The notes under the pieces: model-generated
Databases searched by the model: none
Told to the model about the DNA's origin: nothing
The model's input: the letters and a program-made list of their open reading frames with translations, nothing else
Program-made: the position numbers and the translations under genes
In this document: positions 1 through 7,855 of the stretch, in pieces
Numbering within the stretch: position 1 is the stretch's first letter
Layout of the letters: each line of letters begins with the position of its first letter
DNA from: Opitutales bacterium
GTDB lineage: Bacteria > Verrucomicrobiota > Verrucomicrobiia > Opitutales > PNEW01
Reading direction: 5' to 3'
Assembly: GCA_965219535.1 (NCBI GenBank)
Contig: CBDCNV010000001.1
Location: 1,350,001-1,382,000, forward strand
DNA: 32,000 nucleotides

Positions 1-21
1 CATCCATCCACCGATCCATTC
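1..21 (-). repeat. CATCC/GGATG-type short word array, truncated by the window edge
   Basis: Sequence is catccatccaccgatccattc. Its reverse complement resembles the GGAT octamer array at 14385-14452 and the words at 18262-18290. Confidence 0.4.
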
Positions 22-112
22 TTCCTTCTTGTGTCTTTTATGGCTCTCGTACATTTTGAGGCTTACATGAATACATTTAATTATTCTATCATCAGGTTAT
101 AAGGTTATAATT

Positions 113-144
113 GACGAAGACGAGGAGGCAGACGAAGACGAAGC
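113..144 (+). repeat. hexamer word array (GACGAA/GACGAG/GAGGCA), 32-nt unit
   Basis: Sequence is gacgaagacgaggaggcagacgaagacgaagc, ending 9 nt before the galE ATG. It is 30/32 identical to the reverse complement of 27081-27112. Confidence 0.85.
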
Positions 145-153
145 TTTTTTTAT

Positions 154-1143
154 ATGAATATATTAGTCATAGGCGGGGCGGGGTATATTGGGTCTCACTG
201 TGTGCGGCAGTTGAAAGTTGCGGGTTATCGCGCGGTGGTGCTCGATAATTTTGTTACCGGGCATCGGCAGGCTATCGATCCCTCTATTACCCTATACGAA
301 GGTGACCTGGGTGACGAAAAACTTGTCGGTGAAGTTTTGAAAAAAGAGGCTATTGATATTGTCATGCATTTTGCTGCTCACGCTTTTGTGGGGGAATCGG
401 TGGAAGAGCCGTTAAAATATTATGATAACAATGTCGTGAAACCGATTCGTCTTCTACGAACGATGATCGCCCATACAGTTACTAAATTTGTCTTCTCCTC
501 TTCCTGCGCTACTTACGGTGCGCCCGAGATACTTCCAATTACCGAAGATACGCCACAAGAGCCGATCAATCCTTATGGACAGACAAAACTCGATATGGAG
601 AATATTCTTCGCGCCTCTGCCCATGCTTATGGTCTGAGCTTCGCAGCTTTCCGCTATTTCAATGCGGCAGGCGCAGCGAAAGACGGATCGATAGGGGAAG
701 ATGTTGAACCGGCGACCCGACTCACCCCGATTGCAATCGCTGTTGCAATGGGGAAGCGAAAAGAACTCGAAATTTTCGGCACCGATTATCCCACCCCTGA
801 CGGTACCTGTCTACGTGACTACGTGCATGTCGATGATCTTTCACGCGCGCATATAGCGATATTCGATAAACTCGATAGACCAGGGGCAGCCTATTTTTAT
901 AATCTCGGTACGGGCAGACCCTATTCAGTACGTGAAGTCATTGAAGCAACGGAAAAAGTAACCGGGTTAAAGGTTCCGACAAAGGAATCATCACGACGGC
1001 CCGGTGATCCTCCCTCCTTGTACGCGGACTCGAGTAAAGCGCAAAAAGAATTGGACTGGAAGATTGAATACCCGGATATTGAATCGATAATCGAAACTTC
1101 CTGGAAGTGGCATCAAAGCCACCCAAATGGCTTTAGTCCCTAA
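154..1143 (+). CDS. galE: UDP-glucose 4-epimerase
   Basis: 329 aa. N-terminal Rossmann motif VIGGAGYIGSH, catalytic YxxxK (PYGQTK), and an overall GalE-like SDR layout with a conserved C-terminal RRPGDP segment. Confidence 0.9.
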   Translation: MNILVIGGAGYIGSHCVRQLKVAGYRAVVLDNFVTGHRQAIDPSITLYEGDLGDEKLVGEVLKKEAIDIVMHFAAHAFVGESVEEPLKYYDNNVVKPIRLLRTMIAHTVTKFVFSSSCATYGAPEILPITEDTPQEPINPYGQTKLDMENILRASAHAYGLSFAAFRYFNAAGAAKDGSIGEDVEPATRLTPIAIAVAMGKRKELEIFGTDYPTPDGTCLRDYVHVDDLSRAHIAIFDKLDRPGAAYFYNLGTGRPYSVREVIEATEKVTGLKVPTKESSRRPGDPPSLYADSSKAQKELDWKIEYPDIESIIETSWKWHQSHPNGFSP

Positions 1144-1153
1144 AGCCATTTGG
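1123..1153 (+). terminator. perfect 13-bp hairpin spanning the galE stop codon
   Basis: ccaaatggcttta / loop gtccc / taaagccatttgg. No T-run follows, so an intrinsic terminator function is uncertain. Confidence 0.3.
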
Positions 1154-1192
1154 ATTGCGGAATTCGGATTGGGGATTAGGGATTAGGGATTG
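1152..1192 (+). repeat. heptamer word array GGAWTNN, about 6 units
   Basis: Units are ggattgc ggaattc ggattgg ggattag ggattag ggattg. This is the left arm of an inverted pair with 1368-1390. Confidence 0.85.
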
Positions 1193-1367
1193 ATACAACT
1201 TGTCATCGCGAGGCTATTTATCAGCCGTGGCTACCGAGGACGAAGTCCGACACCCCGCCACTCCAGGAGAATGTCGATAACGAAATGATTGCCAAATGGA
1301 ATGTAAGATGTCACTGCGCTCGGTAGCCGCCGTCGCGTTGCTCTTTGCAATGACAATAAAAATATAT

Positions 1368-1390
1368 CTGCAATCCGATATCCGAAATCG
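1368..1390 (-). repeat. heptamer word array, inverted partner of 1152-1192
   Basis: The reverse complement cgatttcggatatcggattgcag belongs to the same GGATT/CGGAT word family. Confidence 0.7.
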
Positions 1391-1403
1391 TAAATTATTC
1401 TAA

Positions 1404-1426
1404 CCGTGAACCTTGAACGGTGAACG
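1404..1426 (+). repeat. GAAC-type heptamer word array
   Basis: Sequence is ccgtgaaccttgaacggtgaacg, the same word family as 10432-10481. Confidence 0.7.
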
Positions 1427-1434
1427 TATCAACC

Positions 1435-1467
1435 TACTAAAAAAATATCTTTGATATTTTTTTAGTA
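1435..1467 (-). terminator. AT-rich perfect 15-bp palindrome overlapping the stop of the response regulator gene
   Basis: tactaaaaaaatatc / ttt / gatatttttttagta. It sits between convergent genes. The stem is weak (AT-rich), so function is uncertain. Confidence 0.3.
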
Positions 1468-2970
1468 CTTCAAAGAAAACTGTTCGATGCGTTTGCGGAG
1501 GGTGGAGCGGGTAATGCCGAGGATGGCTGCGGTCTTTACTTGATTGCCCCCGGTCTCTTTTAAGGCGCGTTGTATCATTTCACGCTCTATTTCCTGTAGG
1601 ATATCTTTATCCGCTTTACCCCTTATGTCCTGATATAATCGATCCATCATGTCCCCCGGATTCGCGTCTGGTGCTGTTGTGCTATTTCCCGCGGGCGCTG
1701 ATCCAATGAGCTCCGTTTTCTTGACTTCGGAGTCAGCGACATCAGGTGTGTCTTGTTCAACAACGTCACTTGATCCCAATCCATCGAGGATCTCCTGCGG
1801 AAGATTCTTAGCGAGAATGACATCACCCTGCGCAACAACGGCACTGCGTTGAATTGTGTTTTTCAATTCACGCACATTTCCCGGCCAATCATATTTCATT
1901 AATACGGACATGGCATCGGATGCGATCTGTTTAATAGCGGATTTCCCGCTTTTGACCAGTTCTTGAAGCATGAAATCAACGAGTTGCGGAATATCACCCT
2001 TGCGATCCTTCAGGGGCGGAAGCTTCAAGCGCACGACATTGAGACGGTAATATAAATCTTCTCGAAAGAGATTTTCGCGCACCATTTTTTCAAGGTCTTT
2101 GTTTGTTGCTGCGATTAAACGCACATCGACTTTGATTGTTTCGCTGCCGCCAACGCGCTGTAATTCACCGTCTTGTAAAACGCGCAGAATTTTAGTTTGC
2201 GTGGAAAGAGACATATCCCCGATTTCATCGAGAAAGATTGTCCCCTGGTCGCAGAGTTCGAATTTACCGATTCGCTGTTGGGTGGCACCGGTAAACGCGC
2301 CTTTCTCATGTCCGAATAGTTCGCTCTCGACAAGATTGTCGGGAATGGCAGCACAGTTAACAGCGGTGAAGGGCCCATTCGCGCGAAGGCTGTGTTGACA
2401 GATACAACGTGCAATCAGTTCTTTACCGGTTCCGCTTTTACCGGTGATCATTACCGTGACGTCACTCACCGCAACCTGACCGATCACTTTAAAAACTTCC
2501 TGCATCTGTTGCGATGAACCGACTATACCCTCCTTATAGTCATCAATGTTCAACAGCGGGGTGTACTCAGCCCCCGCCTTTTCGAGATCCTGTTGAGCCT
2601 TAATCGCATTTTCCGTAAGACTGAGGATGCGCTTTGTGTCAAAGGGCTTTACAATATAATCAAAGGCACCGAACTTCATCGCCTCGATAGCGGTTTGCGT
2701 GGTGCTATAAGCAGTCATGAGGATCACCATGGCACGGGGATTGAGGTTCCGAAGATGCTGCAAGGTTTCCAATCCGCTCATCCCATCCATACGGTTATCG
2801 AGAAAAATGACCGTGGGCATTTCTTTTTCTGCCATCTCAATACCTTCATTGCCGTTTGCGGCGCAGCTTACCTGGTAATCGCGAGCGGTGAGCACGCGCT
2901 GCAATGAATAGCGAACTTCCGCGTCGTCATCGATAACGAGAATCGACGCATCTGTTTGATGTGAGACCAT
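1462..2970 (-). CDS. sigma-54-dependent response regulator (NtrC family: REC + AAA+ + Fis-type HTH)
   Basis: 502 aa. N-terminal receiver domain (ILVIDDD...[11 protein letters not shown]), Walker [15 protein letters not shown] motif (EKGAFTGA), and a C-terminal HTH ([16 protein letters not shown]). There is no adjacent histidine kinase. Confidence 0.9.
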   Translation of the reverse strand: MVSHQTDASILVIDDDAEVRYSLQRVLTARDYQVSCAANGNEGIEMAEKEMPTVIFLDNRMDGMSGLETLQHLRNLNPRAMVILMTAYSTTQTAIEAMKFGAFDYIVKPFDTKRILSLTENAIKAQQDLEKAGAEYTPLLNIDDYKEGIVGSSQQMQEVFKVIGQVAVSDVTVMITGKSGTGKELIARCICQHSLRANGPFTAVNCAAIPDNLVESELFGHEKGAFTGATQQRIGKFELCDQGTIFLDEIGDMSLSTQTKILRVLQDGELQRVGGSETIKVDVRLIAATNKDLEKMVRENLFREDLYYRLNVVRLKLPPLKDRKGDIPQLVDFMLQELVKSGKSAIKQIASDAMSVLMKYDWPGNVRELKNTIQRSAVVAQGDVILAKNLPQEILDGLGSSDVVEQDTPDVADSEVKKTELIGSAPAGNSTTAPDANPGDMMDRLYQDIRGKADKDILQEIEREMIQRALKETGGNQVKTAAILGITRSTLRKRIEQFSLKY

Positions 2971-3044
2971 GGATTATTTTAATTGAGTAAACAGGTAAAA
3001 TTATCAGATATAACGTTTAGTGATCAAAAGAAAATTTAAAGATA

Positions 3045-3062
3045 AGGCAAGGGGCTTGCCAT
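3045..3062. promoter_or_regulatory. candidate sigma-54 (-24/-12) promoter that is palindromic and readable on both strands
   Basis: The plus strand reads aGGCAAggggcTTGCc and the minus strand reads TGGCAAgccccTTGCc. Both have the GG-N10-GC spacing of the TGGCAC-N5-TTGC consensus. The element lies between the bEBP gene and the M50 protease gene. Confidence 0.35.
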
Positions 3063-3087
3063 TTATAATGTCCAGGGCGGTCAACCC

Positions 3088-4170
3088 GTGAAAAATATCT
3101 GGAATATAAAGCTGTTTCGCTTATTCGGAATTCAGCTTGAACTGCATCTGACCTTTTTTCTCCTCATTCTTTTTGTCGCCTATCATGGGGGAATTGAAGG
3201 TGGGTTTAGTGGCGGAATCTGGAGTACACTGATTATCATTCTCGTGTTCGCCTGTGTCGTCTTACATGAATTGGGGCATTGCCTGGCGGCGCAAAAGTAT
3301 GGCGTGCATATTCATCGTATACTTCTCCTACCCATCGGGGGTATGGCGCAGTTCGGGAGCATCCCGCGCCAGCCACGAAGAGAATTAGTCATCGCTTTCG
3401 CCGGGCCCCTGGTCAATTTTTTGATTGTGGGAATACTTTACCTGATTTCCGGTTCACCTGAGCGTTTATTGGATGATGAGAATTACTATAACTTGCCTGA
3501 CCTTCTGTCTCTCCTCCTTGTTTTCAATTTAATTATGGGATGCTTTAACTTGCTTCCCGTTTTTCCTATGGATGGCGGTCGCGTTCTTCGCGCTCTGCTG
3601 GCGCTAAAATTTACCTATCTCAATGCGACTAAACTGGCTGTCTATATAGCGAAGCCGTTAGCCATTGTTGGTTTTTTTCTCGGGATCTTTTATTTAGATA
3701 ACTGGATAATGGCCGGGGTATTTGCTTTTATTTTCCTTGGGGGTGAGATCGAATACCGAATGGTGCAATTACGTGAATCATTGATTGGTTTTCAAGTCCG
3801 CGATGTTGTGAGCAGATATTTTCTTTCCCTCGATGTAAGATGCAGCGTTGCAGATGCGATCGCACTTATGAGTGAGTCCCCCTCACAGGATATACTCCTG
3901 ATCGATGAAAGGGGAGTTCGCGGTATTATCACGCCCGATGTGATTAGAAAACTTGCCCGAAAAAAGCGAACGCATGAGCCATTGTACGATCACTGCATCC
4001 ACAACCCGACAATACTTCAGGCAGAATGGCTCCTGGAAGAATATTCCGATTTGATTTACCAGGTCCCCCAAAATATTTTTCCCGTTCTGGATCGTGATAT
4101 CCTTATCGGTGTAATAGATCGAAGAAATATCCAGGAAGCCATAGCTTGGAAAAGACTACGCCTAGCGTAG
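3088..4170 (+). CDS. M50-family site-2 metalloprotease with a C-terminal CBS pair
   Basis: 360 aa with a GTG start. HELGH zinc motif, second motif NLLPVFPMDGGRV, multiple TM segments, and a CBS-like C-terminal region. Confidence 0.85.
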   Translation: MKNIWNIKLFRLFGIQLELHLTFFLLILFVAYHGGIEGGFSGGIWSTLIIILVFACVVLHELGHCLAAQKYGVHIHRILLLPIGGMAQFGSIPRQPRRELVIAFAGPLVNFLIVGILYLISGSPERLLDDENYYNLPDLLSLLLVFNLIMGCFNLLPVFPMDGGRVLRALLALKFTYLNATKLAVYIAKPLAIVGFFLGIFYLDNWIMAGVFAFIFLGGEIEYRMVQLRESLIGFQVRDVVSRYFLSLDVRCSVADAIALMSESPSQDILLIDERGVRGIITPDVIRKLARKKRTHEPLYDHCIHNPTILQAEWLLEEYSDLIYQVPQNIFPVLDRDILIGVIDRRNIQEAIAWKRLRLA

Positions 4171-4253
4171 GTCAATATGTCAAAAAGTCAAAATGTCAAA
4201 AGATTGAAAATCTAAATATTTTCAGTGTTATGTTTTAGGTGTTAAGTTTTAGG
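4171..4253 (+). repeat. composite inverted-repeat arm: GTCAAAAG octamers + TGAAAAT hairpin + GTNTTAG heptamers
   Basis: gtcaatat gtcaaaaa gtcaaaat gtcaaaag, then attgaaaatctaaatattttca, then gtgttat gttttag gtgttaa gttttag g. It starts right after the protease stop and overlaps the last codons of the four-helix gene. Confidence 0.85.
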
Positions 4254-4596
4254 ATAAGGATTGGATTAAAACATGAAGCTTTCCGGAAATATGTTTAACT
4301 TCAGTTATTAATTTTCCTGCTTCTACAGTTGAAATTAGGCCAATTTTTTCAGCGATATACAATTGTGTTCTGACTTCTGCCGCAGAACCTTTAGCATAGC
4401 CAAGAAAGAGCTTAAATTCATTATTTGAATTTCTCTCAGCACCTTCTGCAATATTCGAAGGAATCGATACAGCTGCTCGCGATATTTGTTCTCTAAATCC
4501 GTAATGATGGGAGTCCTTCAACTCGCTATATATATTTACAACTAAGGCACACGCCCTCTGCCATACATCCAGTTCTTCGAATGAGTGATAGGCCAT
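4249..4596 (-). CDS. four-helix-bundle protein (23S rRNA intervening-sequence protein / Avd-like family)
   Basis: 115 aa. Family hallmarks are F.EL.VWQ.A near the N-terminus, the central SIPSNIAEG motif, and GSAAEVRTQL. Confidence 0.85.
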   Translation of the reverse strand: MAYHSFEELDVWQRACALVVNIYSELKDSHHYGFREQISRAAVSIPSNIAEGAERNSNNEFKLFLGYAKGSAAEVRTQLYIAEKIGLISTVEAGKLITEVKHISGKLHVLIQSLS

Positions 4597-4713
4597 TAAT
4601 AAAGATTCAATATTTTAATTGCGTGTCTATAAACCGTGAGTACGAGATTATATATAGATCGACAGAAAAAACTTAACAATTAATAGTAAAAAACTGATAT
4701 TTCTTTCTTTTAT

Positions 4714-4779
4714 CTAACACCTAAAACTTAAAACCTAACACTGAAAATCGTTAGATTTTCAATCTTTTGACCTTTTGAC
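4714..4779 (-). repeat. inverted partner arm of 4171-4253
   Basis: The reverse complement reads gtcaaaaggtcaaaagattgaaaatctaacgattttcagtgttaggttttaagttttaggtgttag, colinear with the left arm. It ends at the KAS start region. Confidence 0.85.
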
Positions 4780-4786
4780 TAAAGAG

Positions 4787-6025
4787 ATGCTAAACGATCG
4801 CATAGTAATCACGGGAATTGGCTTAACGGCGCCTAATGGAAATACGTTGGCTGAATTCCGCAAAAATCTGGTCGAGGGAGTTGCTCGGATTCAGACGGTG
4901 GACATGCGCTATATAGGTCCAGTCGCGGCGGGTGTTTGTGATTATGACGCGCGAAAATACCAGACGCGCAAAGAAATACGCAATGGGACCCGTGCGGGTA
5001 GTATTGCGATTTATTGCGCGCGTGAAGCGGTGGCGAACTGCGGCATTGATTGGGATAATGTTGATGAATCCAGAATCGGTATTTACCTCGGTATTACCGA
5101 ACATGGAAATGTTGAGACGGAAAATGAGGTATACAATATCTCCCAGTACGACTACGACACCCGATTCTGGACGCATCACCACAACCCGAGAACAGTAGCC
5201 AATAATCCCGCGGGCGAGGTATCCATGAACATGCACATCACCGGCCCTCACTATACTATCGGTGCGGCCTGCGCCGCTGGTAATGCGGGGTTGATACAAG
5301 GGCTACAGATGTTGCGTCTCGGCGATGTGGATTTTGCACTTGGGGGCGGAGTCAGTGAAAGTATCCATACTTTTGGTATTTTTGCCGGCTTTAAAAGTCA
5401 GGGTGCCCTCGCACAGCATGAGGATCCAAACAAAGCTAGCCGACCCTTTGATGTTGCGCGTAATGGAATTGTCGTCAGTGAAGGGGGGTGTATTTATACC
5501 CTGGAACGCCTGGATGACGCCAAAAAACGCAGGGCTCCCATCATTGCAGAAATTGTTGGCTACGCGCTTAATTCAGATGCCAAAGACGCGGTTTTACCCG
5601 ATCCCGGTCAACAGAGTAAATGCATCCTGGCATCGATCGAACGTGCAGGTCTCACCCCTTCGGAAATTGATATCGTGAGCACGCATGCTACGGCTACGCC
5701 GCAAGGTGACATTCATGAATGCCAGGCGTTGCGCGAAGTGTTCAAAGACTGCCCGAACACTTACATTAATAATACCAAATCTTTTATTGGTCATGCCATG
5801 GGAGCGGCTGGAGCATTGGAATTGGCAGGTAATATTCCCGCCTTTGAAGATTGCATTGTCCATCCCTCGATAAATATCGATCAGCTTGACGAACAATGCC
5901 AATTGCCTAATCTGGTAATAAACGAACCCCAAAAATTACCTGAAGTAAACACGATCTTAAATAATTCATTTGGAATGCTGGGGATTAATTCCTCCCTCGT
6001 CATTAAAAGATTTACAGAAGACTAA
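4787..6025 (+). CDS. beta-ketoacyl-ACP synthase (KAS I/II type, Cys-His-His)
   Basis: Active-site Cys in IGAACAAGNAG, His in STHATATPQGD, and His in GHAMGAAG. The ATG at 4787 is preferred over the track's TTG at 4775, which lies inside the repeat arm. Confidence 0.9.
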   Translation: MLNDRIVITGIGLTAPNGNTLAEFRKNLVEGVARIQTVDMRYIGPVAAGVCDYDARKYQTRKEIRNGTRAGSIAIYCAREAVANCGIDWDNVDESRIGIYLGITEHGNVETENEVYNISQYDYDTRFWTHHHNPRTVANNPAGEVSMNMHITGPHYTIGAACAAGNAGLIQGLQMLRLGDVDFALGGGVSESIHTFGIFAGFKSQGALAQHEDPNKASRPFDVARNGIVVSEGGCIYTLERLDDAKKRRAPIIAEIVGYALNSDAKDAVLPDPGQQSKCILASIERAGLTPSEIDIVSTHATATPQGDIHECQALREVFKDCPNTYINNTKSFIGHAMGAAGALELAGNIPAFEDCIVHPSINIDQLDEQCQLPNLVINEPQKLPEVNTILNNSFGMLGINSSLVIKRFTED

Positions 6026-6050
6026 AATTTACCTAGTAACTACTTCATAT

Positions 6051-6308
6051 ATGACAAAAGAAGAGTGCAAGCAGCTCGTTTTAGAGATTATTGCGGATAT
6101 CGCGCCGGACGAAGATCTTAGTGATGTTAAATCGGATGTCGCCCTGCGTGAACAACTGGAACTCGATTCTATGGATTTTCTCGATATCGTGATGGAAATT
6201 CGCAAGAAATATGGAATTGAAGTTCCAGAAGATGAATATCCCCAGTTGGAATCATTGGACAGCAGCGCAGATTATTTGACGCCGAAATTTAACTCTGTAA
6301 AAGCCTGA
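6051..6308 (+). CDS. acyl carrier protein
   Basis: 85 aa from the ATG at 6051. Phosphopantetheine attachment motif LELDSMDFLDIV. The track ORF start at 5970 overlaps the KAS gene and is unlikely. Confidence 0.85.
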   Translation: MTKEECKQLVLEIIADIAPDEDLSDVKSDVALREQLELDSMDFLDIVMEIRKKYGIEVPEDEYPQLESLDSSADYLTPKFNSVKA

Positions 6309-6333
6309 GCTCTTCTCCTAGCGCATCAGCCTT

Positions 6334-7767
6334 TTGGACTTATCACCCCACGATCATTTTGACACTGTAATTATCGGTGCAGGCATGTCGGGCCTTGCCG
6401 CCGGCATCCGGCTCGCCCATTTTAACAGGAATGTCCTTATTCTTGAGCGCCACAATGTAACGGGTGGGCTAAACAGTTTTTATAGTTTTGATGGACGGAA
6501 ATTCGATGTAGGTCTTCACGCGGTCACAAATTATGTGCGCCCCGGTGTCAAGGGGACGCCATTAGGAAAATTATTTCGCCAATTAAGAATCGATCGCGAT
6601 GAATTCGACTTGAGTGAGCAGGTTGGGTCGAAGGTGGCATTTCCTGGTGTGGAACTGCGTTTCACCAATGATTTTGAGGTTTTTGAATCCGAAGTAGAGC
6701 GGGCGTTTCCCCATCAGATCGATAATTTTCAGTCGTTCCTCAAAATGATTAGAGAATATAACGAACTCGATCTCAATCAACCCGCACAATCGGCAAGAAA
6801 AATAACCGCACAATATATCAGCGACCCGGTTCTTGAAGAGATGATTTACTGCCCGGTAATGTACTACGGAAGTGCCCGGGAAAACGACATGGATTTCAGC
6901 CAGTTCGTTATCATGTTCAAATCGCTTTTTTTCGAAGGCTTTGCCCGGCCCTACGATGGGGTGCGTAAAATAATTCGAGTCTTAACACATAAATATCGTG
7001 CGTTGGGCGGGCTGCGAAAGATGAAATGCGGCGTTAAGCAAATTATCTGTCGCGAGGGACGAGTGAAAGAATTAATATTGGATAATGGGGTAAATATAAC
7101 AGCCGATCACGTTTTATCATCGATCGGCCTCGTTGAGACGCTGCGTTTATGTGATGACAAAGAAAAAGACACAGAGGAAACAAATGTCGGGCGCTTATCA
7201 TTTGTTGAAACAATAAATATTCTGAATAAGCAACCCCGTGAATTGGGGTGGGAAGAGACAATTATTTTTTTCAATGATTGGGATCGCTTTGATTACTCTG
7301 AACCCGACGCGCTTGTCGACCCACGCAGTGGTGTGATATGCATGCCGAATAATTATCTTTACGCTGACGAGAGAGAACTCGACGAAGGGGTATTTCGCGT
7401 CACTTCCTTAGCTAATTTTAAACGTTGGACTTCGCTGCCTGAGGAGGAGTACCAGGAGCAGAAGAAATTATGGCACAATGTATTAGCCGATAAAGCAATG
7501 AGCTTTCTCAGCCCACTGGAAGGTGCATCCCTGGATGATCTAACGGTCTATGTGGATATGTTTACGCCCCGCACGATTAAATATTATACCGGACACCTGG
7601 GTGGTGCGGTTTATGGCGCACCAAATAAAAGCAGAAATGGTCTTACGCATTTGGATAACTTATATATCTGCGGCACTGACCAGGGTTTCCTCGGTATAAT
7701 CGGTGCCATGCTAAGTGGCATCTCGATGGCTAATTTACATATCTTGAAAAAGGAAGCGAGGAGATGA
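6334..7767 (+). CDS. FAD-dependent oxidoreductase, phytoene-desaturase (CrtI)-like family
   Basis: 477 aa with a TTG start. N-terminal dinucleotide-binding motif VIIGAGMSGLAAG...LERH..GG and a C-terminal GTDQG..G segment typical of amine-oxidase/CrtI-fold enzymes. Confidence 0.8.
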   Translation: MDLSPHDHFDTVIIGAGMSGLAAGIRLAHFNRNVLILERHNVTGGLNSFYSFDGRKFDVGLHAVTNYVRPGVKGTPLGKLFRQLRIDRDEFDLSEQVGSKVAFPGVELRFTNDFEVFESEVERAFPHQIDNFQSFLKMIREYNELDLNQPAQSARKITAQYISDPVLEEMIYCPVMYYGSARENDMDFSQFVIMFKSLFFEGFARPYDGVRKIIRVLTHKYRALGGLRKMKCGVKQIICREGRVKELILDNGVNITADHVLSSIGLVETLRLCDDKEKDTEETNVGRLSFVETINILNKQPRELGWEETIIFFNDWDRFDYSEPDALVDPRSGVICMPNNYLYADERELDEGVFRVTSLANFKRWTSLPEEEYQEQKKLWHNVLADKAMSFLSPLEGASLDDLTVYVDMFTPRTIKYYTGHLGGAVYGAPNKSRNGLTHLDNLYICGTDQGFLGIIGAMLSGISMANLHILKKEARR

Positions 7768-7841
7768 AAATCTAAAGATTTTCAGTGTTAGGTTTTGAAA
7801 AAAATAGGATTTTTTTCAGTGTTAAGTGTTAGGTTTTAGGT
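7766..7841 (+). repeat. two tandem hairpin + GTNTTAG-heptamer units
   Basis: tgaaaatc-taaa-gattttca (includes the TGA stop) + agtgttaggtttt, then tgaaaaaaat-agg-atttttttca + gtgttaagtgttaggttttaggt. This is the same unit as in the arms at 4171-4253 and 4714-4779. Confidence 0.85.
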
Positions 7842-7855
7842 AATTGACTTAAAAC

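Noticed and set aside
4249-4596. Diversity-generating retroelement, because the four-helix protein is Avd-like
   Set aside because: There is no reverse transcriptase gene and no template/variable repeat pair anywhere in the window.
938-7261. Numerous 60-160-aa track ORFs nested in or antisense to galE, the response regulator, the M50 protease, KAS and the FAD oxidoreductase (for example 1647-1844, 2099-2398, 4823-5299, 5594-5932)
   Set aside because: Each overlaps a longer ORF with strong family motifs. None shows motifs of its own, so they are typical shadow ORFs.
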